From Bispira polyomma (Eukaryota): DNA of 64,000 nucleotides. The stretch spans positions 59,954,001-60,018,000 of the forward strand of contig OZ287750.1 in NCBI GenBank assembly GCA_965649765.1. Direction: 5' to 3'. Every line of letters starts with the position of its first letter. The first letter of the stretch is position 1. The notes below the pieces were generated by a model, which was given only the letters and a program-made list of their open reading frames with translations, made no database searches and was not told the origin of the DNA. A program made the translations under genes and the position numbers. This document shows positions 1-11,622 of the stretch, in pieces.

Positions 1-1372
1 CGTTACTATTCCTGTCCTTTCTATAAATGTTATGATCTGGTGGGAATATTTCAAAGTTTGTAATGGAGCTTTCTAACCAACTTTCTGATCCCATAATACA
101 GTCTGGTTTAATATAATCAATGGCTGTTAAGAATTGTGGGTTATTCTTCTTAACGCTCCCACAGTTAATGACTATTGTTCTCCAGTGTTTTTTACTGGCA
201 GGACCTTTTGGCACCTTTGGTTTTGGAGTTCTTGGAGAAGATGTAGCCAGAGGGATTGAAGTTGGTTGAGGTGTGGACGGTAGTCCAGAGGTTGTATTTG
301 AAGACAAGAATTCAAAACGGCTTGAAACATCTAGTTCATAAGAATTAAAGAATGAGGAGTCAAAATTAGGCAGACCACAATTACAACAAATTCACGATAC
401 ATTTGAATGGTGTAGTGTGCTGTAAACAGCTGAGGATACATTTGCACAGGATTTATGATACCAGATATTACAGTTGTCACAGCATATACCTTTTTGGTTC
501 CAGCGAACGGCTTTATCATAACAACCACATGGAAATTTACAGAAACCTGGGGCCGTATTCACTAACAAGTGAAATATTTTTTCACTTACTTTCCAAAGTA
601 AGTAAATTTTTCTAAAGATTTCCTTGGAAGTGGTATTCACAAACAAGTAAAAAATTCTACTTACTTATATTTTTCTTAGAATCCAAGTTAGGAAAGAAAT
701 CTAAGGTACCTCATCTGTTTACTTGAAATCTAAGTAAATTTTTTCTCTAAAGTAAGTAAGTTTTCTTTCGTGAATACCACTTGGATCTAAGTTAGTAAAA
801 AATGGCCACAATACTTGAAATCTAAGTTAGGAATAGAATTTCACTTGTTAGTGAATACGGGCCCCTGGATTGATGTTTATGTCTCCAGAAGTAAGTAGTA
901 GTGATAAAACATACCACGATATGTTTCCATTTCCGTTTTTGTATTGCGATGGGTCTGCGGTAAGACTGTGGCATCTTTTTGTCCTGAAGGTGCTGACACA
1001 AAATAAATCCAATGATAAACTATCTGTTGCTTAAGCCTGTATGTACGTTTTTTTGAGTTTGATGATCTTTATGGCGAGTATGACTTAGAGTATTGATGAG
1101 AAGGTAGACGAAGCAGACAAAGAAGCACCTGGCAGCGGACATTTTGGTTTAATGAATCATGACGAGAAATGTTCTAACTCAAGATACAGAGTGGTAGTAA
1201 TTTCTGTATATATGATATCCAGTTGAAAATGATCACTAAACAATGTTACAACTACTTGAGTGATTACAAATTATAAATATCCAGTAAGATTTGAAATAAA
1301 ATTGATTTTGATCGCAGTTCCTAAGGACGCTTTTCCTATTACCACACATGCGCGTCAAAGTAACAGGAAGTA
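1..1372 (-). mobile_element. 5' part of an L2/CR1-type non-LTR retrotransposon (2A-like motif, PHD finger, start of APE endonuclease); degraded and continues beyond the window start
   Basis: Minus strand reads LLLTSGDININPG (about 865-905), PHD-like FPCGCYDKAVRWNQKGICCDNCNIWYHKSC (about 445-535), and endonuclease N-terminus WRTIVINCGSVKK...PDCIMGSESWL...FPPDHNIYRKDR (1-186). The 5' boundary is approximate. Confidence 0.85.
550..864. mobile_element. Harbinger-like MITE (CWG target) inserted in the LINE
   Basis: TIRs GGGCCGTATTCACTAACAAGTGAAAT / ATTTCACTTGTTAGTGAATACGGGCCC, flanked by CTG on both sides (547-549, 865-867). Confidence 0.9.
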
Positions 1373-1714
1373 AATGTTGATAAATGTATGGTTTGTGAAT
1401 TCATAAAGAAATTTAAGGAAATTTGACATAAAAGCATTTATTTTTACAAATTTCATTTATTCAATGTCCCAACTATAACCGACTACAACATTCAGCTGCT
1501 GCCATCTTTAAAATCAGAGTCCTCTTGCCCTTAGTGGAGACTACTTGGTGAGAATAATTTTCGCATTCCACTGATTGAATTCTAATCGTTTGGACCCCTA
1601 ATCCTTGTTAGAGGCATACCCCATGTACCTATGCCAGCCTGATCAAGGGTACACAGCTCTCTGGTCACAGTCTTTACAAGAACAACCTAGATTTATATGC
1701 CAGGGCAGGGCTAA

Positions 1715-2085
1715 AGGTAGATCCACCCACTGCAGTTTATCCGGATCTGGATCCATGTAATTATCCGAAAATGGATATTGTTTGTTTCAATTCACACAGG
1801 ATAGAAAATTCAGCCGAATAATGCACAGAAATGCACAGAAGCAGTTCATTTACTGCAAAAATTGTTACTTCTCAAAATTTTGTGCTACTTTGCAGGTTCT
1901 TGCTAAATATCCGCCTGGAAGATCTGCCGTAAATGAGAAATATAAACTGTTTAAATTTTATCAGGGCCGGATCAGCAGATCCAAATTGGGATCCGTCTTC
2001 TGTATGGATGCTCACACTGTTTTATTTGTATCAAAATTATCAGGATCTACAATCTGGATACTGGCTGGCGTGTGTGAATCAACCT
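1715..2085. mobile_element. PIF/Harbinger-like MITE, TAA TSD
   Basis: Imperfect TIRs AGGTAGATCCACCCAC / GTGTGTGAATCAACCT; TAA on both flanks; internal GGATCC/ATCCGG repeats. Confidence 0.7.
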
Positions 2086-2204
2086 TAAGGACCCAACATC
2101 ACTGAAGTCATGAGTAATAGATATTAATGATTTAAAGTGGGAACTTGTCCAGCAAGCTAGGACAATAGCTAAAATGTTTACGTTAAAGTAACGTTAAAAT
2201 ATTT

Positions 2205-2720
2205 ATTTATTGACTATTATGTTATTACATTATATTATGGAATGGTTGCCCTGTAAGTATCGAAGATATTTGTCAATGTTGAGACTCTGGAATAGGCTTG
2301 GTGAAATGAGATCAACCCGACAAAACCCGACAAAACATATATTTTTTTGGGAATATAAATATTGTAAGTCAAACTGGTCTAAACATGTGATATAATAAAA
2401 AGGAGACATTTGCTTAATTAAACATTCAAATTAAATATAAAAAATTAGATGTTATAAATATTTAAAAAAAAATTATAAAAGTTAAACTAGACCAGCTAGC
2501 AGAAACTGAATAGAAAGTTAATTTGAAACTAGCGCCAATAAAGATCACTTGGGGTGCAATTTAGGACTGTTGTATTTCCATTAAGAAAAAGAAATGGGTG
2601 GATTTAACTTGTCTAAAGATCATGTCATAAAATTGTTTAATTCTGCTGTTTTACTAAAAGTTAATATTGTCACTCTTTTGTTTATAAAATTTACACCAAT
2701 ACAATTAGATCTACTTATGT
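2205..2720 (+). mobile_element. Degraded LINE ORF2 C-terminal remnant
   Basis: MEWLPCKYRRYLSMLRLWNRLGEM...TKHIFFWEY...SNW, then a QFRTVVFPLR-like segment, resembling the post-RT region of invertebrate L2/CR1-group elements. Confidence 0.6.
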
Positions 2721-3428
2721 ATTTAAAGTCACATTTTCTATTAAGTAGATAATTTTATTAACAACACTGGTACACAATAAAAGCATTATTGTACATATCA
2801 CGGGGAACACTGAACCTAACTCAATTCTACAGCTAGGACTTCAAACACACAAAAAGTCAATCATTTAGATTTTAGTACTAACATGAAGTTTGATCCATCC
2901 AATCAGTGATTTAGTCTTTTTAGTTAAAACAATTATGTCAATAAATGAAACCTAATTTTTTTTTACCAAAAACATCTATATTTTATATTTTTTCCTTTCA
3001 GGGAATTCACAAGAGATATTTGTTATAAAACCTTTTTTTAGTGTCTTATAGATAGATATCCCATGTAAGCCGAGTCCAAGCAGTCCCAAGGCCTGGTTTA
3101 TCTCTCAGTCCATTTCATATTTCAAGTGTTTTTAAGTTTGTTTGTTTTTGTACGTAACTGAGGTTGAAAATGTTGCATTTATAAAATGCATTCCAAATTC
3201 TACAAATTAAACAGAAAATACACGTAAGTTCCAAAAATTTCAGGACAGTACTTATTTTAAATGAAAATGATATTCCTTTTTTCACACAGAAATACCAACA
3301 TTACTAAGAAAATACATCATGATGTTAAATTTTCTTTAAAACCAAGGGTGACAAAAAATGAATAAAACCCAAAGGGAATGGTAAAGATAGAATTAAATCA
3401 AAAGAGCTGTCTCTGTCTTTGCTGTTCA

Positions 3429-4958
3429 TTAATAGGAGGCTACTCTGGGTGACATAGGAAAGGTCTTGCGTATACCCATGCACTTCTCACGATCAACGGA
3501 TAGGGAGTTGTTCTTGACAGAGAGGTCCTGTTCCAAAGAGGCTTTGATACGGAGCAGGTGCTGCAGAGCATTCTCTGCCTCCCTCAGCTTGGCCTTCAAA
3601 CTCTCCACTGTTTCATTGATCTCAGACACCTCTGTTACCAGCCTGTGCTGTACTGGATCCCTGCATGACTCCACATTGGGTCTTCTTGTCCGGGTAGACA
3701 GCCTGGTCTGAGCTACCTGCATGGGAGCTGCCTTGTCCTGTATACACTTCTTCAACAGTTCGATGTTCTTCTCCATGTCAAAGATTTCTTGCAGAACCTT
3801 GGAGAGATGTGTCTGGAACTGATTCTTGGCATCCATATACTCGCGGATCCTGTCAGTGAAGGCATGGTTGACGGCATTCCACTGGTTGACCATGGCATTT
3901 GCACACTTGTTCAGCAACTGTTCAATTCGGTTGCGCATGTCTTTGGCAGCTGCCCGTTCTGCCTGAGAACGCTGGATGTTGTCATTGCTGAACTTAGCCC
4001 ATGACTCAGGTACAGATTGAGTATTATCCATCTGGGCGATGCCATCATGGTAGGCTATTCCCCGTGAGGTGTTCCCCAGCCCGTGACAGCTGTTGTCCAG
4101 GTTGAGAGCACTAAACTTGTCAGCAGAGTCCTTCTCCAGTTCATGCTGCCCAGCACAGTTCAGAGCTAATTGGTTGTTGGCATCCTGGACGAGTCTCCTC
4201 ATGTCTTCCTGGCATCTCTTGATGGTATCAACCTCCCTGATGAGCTCTTTCTCCACTTGGTCATGGACCAGATCAATGCCCTGTCTCTTCTCCCTGTTGT
4301 ACAGACACTCCTGGGCGATGTGCAATGGGTTCTCTGTCTCAGTCAGAGCCTTCTCTAGGACTCCCTTGGCCCGCTGAAGACCGTCTGTTTCTGTGATCAT
4401 GTTGTCAGTCTCGTTATTGACCTCTGTCTTCCAGAAGTTGATGTCCCCGATGCGCTCTCCCAGTTTCTTGCCCACATCTCTTTGGGTTCTCTTGGTCTTG
4501 TTGTCGGCTTCATTCACCAGGCGGCGGGTGTCTAAACGCACACGTTCGGAGCCACCGCGGACACAGTCAGAGGCCATGTAGTTGCTGGTGTTGGAGGCAG
4601 ACCAGTCGTTTGGGGTGTAGCGGGTGTAGAGGGCATTACGGGCAGCGGCGAACACTGGTGGCACCTTGATGCTGTCGAGTTCGGTGAGCCTGTTGCGTTC
4701 TGCCAGGGGCTCTTGCATTGAGCGAGTGTTTGAGACGTTGGGCTCCACTCGGGCAGTACCATAGTAGGTACTGGGTCTCCAGGGGAGGGTGGTCAGAGAT
4801 CTCCTGAGGGGGGTGGGTGCTGGGTAAGTGTCATAGGGCTTGTAGGAGGACTGCATGGTGGTACTAAGAGAGGGTAGAAAGTTCGGGGTAGAAGAGCTCA
4901 CCACACGGGGGCCTGACGTCATATAAGTAGCTGTCTTTGTATGGCCCAAATATTCCAT
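3429..4958 (-). CDS. TEKT3: Tektin-3/5-family ciliary microtubule inner protein, single exon, 509 aa from ATG 4958
   Basis: Uninterrupted ORF with tektin hallmarks: ARNALYTRYTPNDW, LGERIGDINFWK, PLHIAQECLYNREKRQGIDLVHD, RPNVESCRD nonapeptide, KNNSLSVDREKC. The ORF-track start at 5057 is a non-ATG codon. Confidence 0.93.
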   Translation of the reverse strand: MEYLGHTKTATYMTSGPRVVSSSTPNFLPSLSTTMQSSYKPYDTYPAPTPLRRSLTTLPWRPSTYYGTARVEPNVSNTRSMQEPLAERNRLTELDSIKVPPVFAAARNALYTRYTPNDWSASNTSNYMASDCVRGGSERVRLDTRRLVNEADNKTKRTQRDVGKKLGERIGDINFWKTEVNNETDNMITETDGLQRAKGVLEKALTETENPLHIAQECLYNREKRQGIDLVHDQVEKELIREVDTIKRCQEDMRRLVQDANNQLALNCAGQHELEKDSADKFSALNLDNSCHGLGNTSRGIAYHDGIAQMDNTQSVPESWAKFSNDNIQRSQAERAAAKDMRNRIEQLLNKCANAMVNQWNAVNHAFTDRIREYMDAKNQFQTHLSKVLQEIFDMEKNIELLKKCIQDKAAPMQVAQTRLSTRTRRPNVESCRDPVQHRLVTEVSEINETVESLKAKLREAENALQHLLRIKASLEQDLSVKNNSLSVDREKCMGIRKTFPMSPRVASY

Positions 4959-5123
4959 GGTGATCTTGTCTGTATCTGTGCAGTGACTCTGGTGTCGAAC
5001 TTCTTTGAAAACTATATATATTAGGAGGTCAAGATGCCTTAATGCCACGAACTGCAAATGCTGACGTCCAGTGTGTATAAGTACTGATCTCGGTTGTCAA
5101 ATATGGTGCCTTCCCCATTTACT

Positions 5124-5138
5124 GTCTCTCCTAGTTAC
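5124..5138 (-). promoter_or_regulatory. Candidate RFX X-box upstream of tektin
   Basis: Minus strand GTAACTAGGAGAGAC, about 170 bp upstream of the ATG; RFX X-boxes are typical of ciliary gene promoters. Confidence 0.45.
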
Positions 5139-5760
5139 AGGACGACGGGCCCAAAACGAGGCTTGTGATTGGCTACTCTGGAAACAATAATCCAACCTGA
5201 AAAGAAAGATTTTGGTAGTATGCATAGCTGTATTAGAAGTTTCTACTATTAACGAGATCACCACGTAACAGACAGATGATCTATATATCATTTATTCCAC
5301 AGTTAAACCAGGATTTGTTGATCTTCACCGGCAGAAAATCACTGGAATCTATTTGTGATATGAAAGAGCTTGTAAGAGTCAATTAAAGCACACAATGATC
5401 TCTATTCAAAACTCAAATCATGTTATGATCCAGATAGCTGCAGTCGTGTAGCATTATGTAGCCATGAAGCTACCATGAACATCTGATCCCTTGGTTGGAG
5501 AATATTTTTAAGTCAATAATAACCTATTCTAATTCTCGTCATCTTGTAGTGACTTGGACGTCTACCCTTTTACAGCTGTCAAAAAGTTTGAAAAAACCAC
5601 AAAAAAACTTTTTTTTTTAGCCTTTGAATTTTTATTAACCCCTTTTCACAATAAAGAAGATGAAGCTTGGAAGGAAAGACAATTAGGTAAGTATTACAAG
5701 ACCTCTATAATATTCGTAGGAATCTCGCTAAATAGAGACAGATTTTTCAGTCTACACCTG

Positions 5761-6443
5761 GGCCCGTATTCACTAAAGTTCTTATATTTAGAATAATTCT
5801 TATACTTAGAATAAGAATCATACTTATACTTAGAATAAAAATCATTCGAATTTTGTTATTCTTGTTCTTAGAATAAGAATTTTCTTAACTAAGAATTGTG
5901 AAAAGCAATACATAAGAATGAGAGGGGTTGTATTCAGTAAAGTTTTTATACTTAGAATAAGAATTTTTTTGTGTTCACTAAAGTTCTCATACTTAGAATA
6001 ATTCTTACACTTAAAATTTTTGCTTATTCTTAGAAAGTTTTCTAAGAATGAGCTTTGATTCTAAGAATGGTCAAGACCTTACTTAAGTTAAGAAAAAAAC
6101 ACAACATTCTTTGTGCAAGAAAAGCTAAGAAAATTCTTATTCTAAGTATAAGAATAAAAAATTCTTAGAATACAAAATTTTCTAAGTATAAGAATGATTC
6201 TTATTCTAAGTATAAGAATGATTCTTATTCTCAGTATAAGAATGATTCTTATTCTAAGTATAACAACTTTAGTGCATACAGCCCTATGTCTTTTTCTTAA
6301 CTTAAGTGAAATCTTGACCATTCTTAGAATTAAAGCTCATTCTTAGAAATTTTTCTAAGATAAGCAAAAAATCAAAGTATAAGAACTTTAGTGAATACCA
6401 AGAATTCTTATTCTAAGTATAGGAACTTTAGTGAATACAGGCC
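5761..6443. mobile_element. Harbinger-like MITE with internal TATACTTAGAATAAGAAT repeat arrays
   Basis: TIR GGCCCGTATTCACTAAAGTTCTTAT / ATAGGAACTTTAGTGAATACAGGCC; flanks CTG/TTG; many direct and inverted internal repeats. Confidence 0.88.
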
Positions 6444-7179
6444 TTGAACCAACATGAGTTTGTTTCAGTGGACAAACAATTTGACCCCTGGTTGTCCTCC
6501 TGTGCTCCTGTATCAGTCCTATGTTTTCCTTCAACCACTTAAACATGTGTGCATTACCTGTGCAATTGTGATGTTGGTAAATAGTCAGCAGAATTATCAA
6601 TACATTCACTTACATCCAGTATGTCAAAGTGTTCACACACTAAAATATTAGCCACTGGCAGGTCTAATGAATTTGATTTTTTTTATGTACAAACTCTGCA
6701 TCCACAGTATTATCAACATTAGAATGACATAGCACATTAGTGTGGCAATTCTCAGCATTATTACATTTCATACTAATATTATTTAGCTCCCAAAAACATG
6801 CTGCATGCAAACCTAAGATTTAATAACAAGTTGATTTTGTGATATGAATTTTCTAATAAATTGTTTAGTTCCAGGAGTTTTTTTATCAGCCAAATTGGGA
6901 AACTTATCCCACAATTCACTTTATCATGGCCTGTAATAAATTAAAGTAAAGACAGCAGTACCCAATTTATTTATTGATTGTTTTTGCACTAGCTTCATAA
7001 CCCTTTCTGTTGCACTTAACTTTTTGGGGGAAAATATTGTTGTATGACATCTTTATATCTTTATAGCAAATGCTTTTGTTACTCGCTAATACGTTGTTAT
7101 ATTTATCACATGGAATCATCTTAGTACTTTTTTAGTATTAAAAGGGATAAATCGTGCATTGGGTATAACACGCTCTTAC

Positions 7180-9520
7180 ATTTTAAACATCAAAATCTGA
7201 ACCCAGTCAAGCTTATCCGTCCAGGTCACTGACTCGTCCTCAATCTGGTGCATGCTGACCGCATATGCGTCCTGTGCAATGTGCCAGGACAGATTTTTAC
7301 CTAGCTTAATTGTTTCTTTTAGTTCAGACAGTATTGGGCGTGTAAAAGTGGGGTCAGTGGTGTCTAATATATATTTTTAATTGACCTATGACAAAGTTCC
7401 CCATAGTTAGTTAATCAAAGGTCTCTCTCTTATGATGCGGACCGATGAGACATGCTTCATTGGGCCTTTTCTCCTGGGCAGCCAGGCTGGATGTATCAAT
7501 AATGTTGTAACGGCCACGTTTTCGACTTCTGTTACCTTGCCCGAATTCCATTTTCACTTTGGCTTTAAAGGCTGCTATTCTCTCATCAACGAGCATCTGA
7601 ATAATGGGATTCGATCTGAGCATATCCAGTGTAGCAGGGCCATCTGGTGTTGCAGCATCAACTTTCAAGGTGCGTTTGCATGGTTCATTGGCTGGTCTGC
7701 TAGTACTGGCTGGCATCTGCTGCTGGACACCCAATGGCCACCTATATTGATCAGTATGGGGATACATGGCGTAAAGTTCAAATCCCGTGGGATGTTGCAC
7801 GCTTCCCCTGAGTGCTCGTCTGAGGTGAAAAACGCGTTCTCATCTGCTGCACACTGATTGTGTGCTGTGGTATCATTTCCAAGGACGAAATCCCGTGAGG
7901 TTGTTGCCAACCCTGACTTTGGGTCTGTCTTGCTTGGGAGAACAATGAGTTCTGTGGTGGCATTTCACTGACAGTCATACCAGTAGAATTCTTTTGGTTC
8001 CTTCAAACGAGAAGGAGTCTTTTTAGTTTTCACTACATCTTTCACAATGACAGCCGTGCCTAGGAATGTTCTGGTCATGTAAGTCTCAGGGCTTGTTCAC
8101 ACTGCAGTGTTAAATGGTATCGCAAGCAGTGGCTCGTGATCTGTGTCACTGGTAATGAGATTTGGAATGTCATTGTTAAAATCCTGCAACCTAGATGTTC
8201 CTACCTTGGTAGCAATGCCCACTATCCTCTGTTCGAAGAAGGCCATTCTGTCCCCTCTTGTCTGGATGGTTGATAAAACTGCACCTAGGACAGCAGCAGC
8301 AACAGTCTCCTTGGTAACAACACTGTAACAACACTGTTCCGGCTGACAGTGCGAAGAACCTAGGAGTTACTTTTGACTCTGACTTCTCCTTCAAAAAACA
8401 TGTCTCAAATATCTGTGTTCCTGCTACGGCAACATCCGTGACTTTCGCAGGATCCAACGACATTTAACCCAAGAAAATGCCATTGCAGTGGCAAATGCCC
8501 TGGTATCAAGTCAAATAGATTACTCTAACTCACTACTATATGGAATCGGAAAGGGCCAAATAAACAAACGACAGAAAATACAAAATAACCTGTGCAGAAT
8601 AGTAAGCCATACTGGCCCTCGCACTCACACTACTGAACTGCTGAAACAATTACATTGGTTACCTTTTGACTTTCGTATTAAATTTAAGGCAATTGTCCTA
8701 ATTTTTAAGACAGTCCATGTACATCAACCTGCCTACTTATCATCTATGCTGTCTCTCAGTAATCTCACCAGAGGCAATCGTCTCTCCACCTTAGGTTTCC
8801 AACCAAAAAAACAAATTGGTTCAAAATCATTCTTGGTTGTAGCACCTGCTGAGTGGAATAGCCTCCCTACCAGTCTTCGGACTGAGACAAGCATCATGGG
8901 TTTCAGAAAAAGGCTCAAAACCCATCTGTATCAGCTCGCTTTTCCACCCTAGCATGCACCTGGTGGTCACGACTGAATCTCTGATCACGAACCTTTTTCC
9001 GTCTACCGGACTATGCTCTTGCACACTTACTAGGATAAGAGCCACAGAGGATGCCTGGTCATCGATTGTGGTGCTATAGAAGTAAAAACATTAACATTAA
9101 CTAGCTGCGAGAGCTGGCTCTGTAGCACTCATCTCCTGCTTTCCCATTCCTTTCTTATCACTGTTTTTGCCCACTTTCCTGGGTGTAGGTTTCTTCAAAC
9201 ATTTTGAATTTACTGGGCGCTTGTGCTCGACCTCGCACCTCTTACAAAACACGGTTGTCTTCTGGTGTATAACCTAAGAGGCCGTAGCCATCTTGATATA
9301 AAAATTTATAATACTAAAAAAAATTAAAAAAGCTTTTAAAATAAATGGAAATTCGGAACTCGCGACTGTGAGCTCAACAAATGAAATATAATGAGGTTAA
9401 AACAGGGCTGCTTGGCCTTATATTGTGAGTGGTCTCTTGTGATTGGCCAGTAGTCAAATGACTGGGCGAGTCCATTGGTGGACTGGTCGATTTCGACTGA
9501 AGGTAATAGGGTATCACCCC
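7180..9520 (-). mobile_element. 5' remnant (promoter plus gag-like ORF) of a YR retrotransposon related to the 58-64 kb element, split by a LINE
   Basis: FCKRCEVEHKRPVNSKC (about 9200-9250) matches FNCSKCSGKHERPVGAAC of the full element. TLDMLRSNPIIQMLVDERIA...GQG...RPNEACLIGPHHKRETFD (7411-7650) matches VELLRTNTQIQSQVELRLA...SQG...WPQNHVLTGNFRTRPTYD. Contains stops and frameshifts. Confidence 0.75.
8325..9100 (+). mobile_element. 5'-truncated L2-type LINE (RT C-terminus, 3' UTR, short repeat tail)
   Basis: AKNLGVTFDSDFSFKKHV; ANALVSSQIDYSNSLLYG...LHWLP..RIKFK...APAEWNSLP...FRKRLKTHLY; ends in a (CATTAA)n tail. Confidence 0.9.
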
Positions 9521-9569
9521 TATTGCTCCTAAAATTTTGTAGTGTTGTGTCGTGTAGTTGGCGGTTTAT

Positions 9570-9720
9570 AAAGGCCTTAAGTGGTCATTCTCGAGACTCT
9601 CTCTTCAGTTAATCTGAATGACAGTTACTGGTGCTGGTTGTCTGCACTTGGGCAGTAAAAAACAGATTGTCCTTTTAGTTGTGATGCCTAATAAGAAGTG
9701 AAACTAAGAATTTACTCTCA
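9570..9720 (+). mobile_element. 3' portion of a SINE related to the 24181 copy
   Basis: Shares CTCTCTCTTCAGTTA...ATGACAGT.ACTG.TGC.G.TTG with 24398-24440. Confidence 0.55.
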
Positions 9721-9960
9721 CTTTCGGTTAGGATTGAGATTTTTTATGTAGAAATGTAAAAAATTACTTTCACTTTCATTTAGAATATAAAGAGTTTTTA
9801 TGTAGAAATATATAAATGTACTTTGAGTTAGAAGATGGAGATTTTTTATGTAAAAATATATAAATTTACTTTCAGTTAGAAGATGGATATTTTATGTAGA
9901 AAAGTAAAAATATACTTTCACTTTGAAGTTAAGAGGGCGGAGATTTTTTATGTAGAAATC
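9710..9960. repeat. Degenerate minisatellite, about 45-60 bp unit, about 5 copies
   Basis: Recurring TACTTT..GTTAGAAGATGGAGATTTTTTATGTAGAAA. Confidence 0.75.
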
Positions 9961-10841
9961 GGTCAGTTTTCTATAAAGTATTTATTTTGTGTATTGGCGG
10001 AAGCCTGGAACAGTTGTGTGGAACCAAAGAAAGGCATAACGAGAGTAGAATTTTAAAGGCGTATATTTTTATAAAAACATGGGTTACATTTTTAATCAAT
10101 GGTCTCCATTTCTAAGGAAAGCTTTGTTCACAGTGTATGTGGTATTTCATAAGTTTAATACACCTTTGATAAAGACAGGCCCAGGTCTCTGCGATGTAGA
10201 TGGTGGCCAAAAGTTTAACTTTTTATACATGATTTTTTTTGTACATTAAACACCAAGATCTTTTGGAAAATAAGCTCAGGTAAATGATGTAGTTTAAAAC
10301 GAAAGCATGATTGTGACAATTAGAAAAGCAAAACAAGATGAATAAATAATTTAGAACAATGGGTCCAGTGGACTTATTATTTCACTGTTCTTCAGATTTC
10401 AAAATGTCTGTATTTCGTATTAAATTAACCAAGGCTGATGGCATTTACTTATAACAAAGGAAGATCACAAGGATTCACACAGCAAGGTCATCTTTGTCTT
10501 AGGGTGTTTGTTAATAAACTCTTGCATATATGGAAAAACAAAACCACAACAAAGGGATACTGACTGGGATGTTCTTGGATAAAACGTGAATTTCTAAATA
10601 TACATGATAAAAATTTTCTCTTCAAAGTTGCATATTTTTTTATTTATACAAAGTCATGACAGTCATGAGTTATAGTCACTTCAACGCCCACATAATAACC
10701 TAAAAACATCATTGCATTACCTTAAAAAGTACCACTCTACTGTCTGTGAGTTGTTTGTGTCAAATACAAGCATATAGACCAAAGCTTACTGTTCTTGTCT
10801 TAGTAAGTACATGCATGTCATCTGGACCAGTTAATGACTAT

Positions 10842-11100
10842 CTAGGTCTCATATACACGGCTGGCCATTACAAACTCATCAAAAACTTCTTTGTATCGGT
10901 TAGTGACAGTTTGTTTCAACTTTGTCTCAGATTCATGTCCATCACCAGCGCTTCTGAACGTGGGATATCCGTTGATATCTGTCGCACTCTCACGAAAGTT
11001 TAGAAATGTTCCAAACTTTTGTGCACGGATCCTCATTCATTTCTTGGGGGGTGAGGGGCGAAATGATGATCTATGTGTGGCATAACGATCTATACGTGAT
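10842..11100 (+). repeat. Interspersed repeat (probable non-autonomous DNA transposon); second copy inverted at about 36760-36990
   Basis: AGGTCTCATATACACGGCTGGCCATTACAAACTCATC aligns with the reverse complement of 36950-36990. Confidence 0.7.
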
Positions 11101-11622
11101 GTAGCATGCCGCAATGAATGCTCTCAGATATAAGTATTAACATTTAATTATGGACCACATATTTAAAATCTTAAATGCTAATAAAAATACAATAGAACAT
11201 CTATTATCCAAAATATATGTTGTTGGAGGAAAAAATTGTTTGGATAATCAAATAGTTAAATAAAAGAATGTTGTAGGGCGAAAGTGATTTTTTTTTTCAA
11301 ATAAAAATTCAATATTCTGAAATTTATACTTTAGTACATTCCATTATCCAATCACACCATCTATAATGACAAAAAAAGGTTGTCTAATCATTTTGCATGA
11401 ACCAAGTGCAAGACAACAAATTGGTTATCTATTTTTATACAAGTAAATCTCAGACGTACCACAGAACTTGGCAATAATAAAACAGCAAAACAAAAACCTT
11501 ATTAGTTCTATAACATTTTACTAGATTCTGACTACACTGCACCCAGATATAGAGCTTAGCATATCCTTATATTATTACAAAATTTACAATATATAGATTT
11601 TTAATATTCAAGTCAATCCTGA

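Noticed and set aside
3466-4762. Several short ORFs overlapping tektin
   Set aside because: Antisense or alternate-frame shadows of a real CDS
4959-5057. N-terminal 33-aa extension of tektin in the ORF track
   Set aside because: Starts at TTG; the eukaryotic start is more plausibly ATG 4958 (MEYLGHT)
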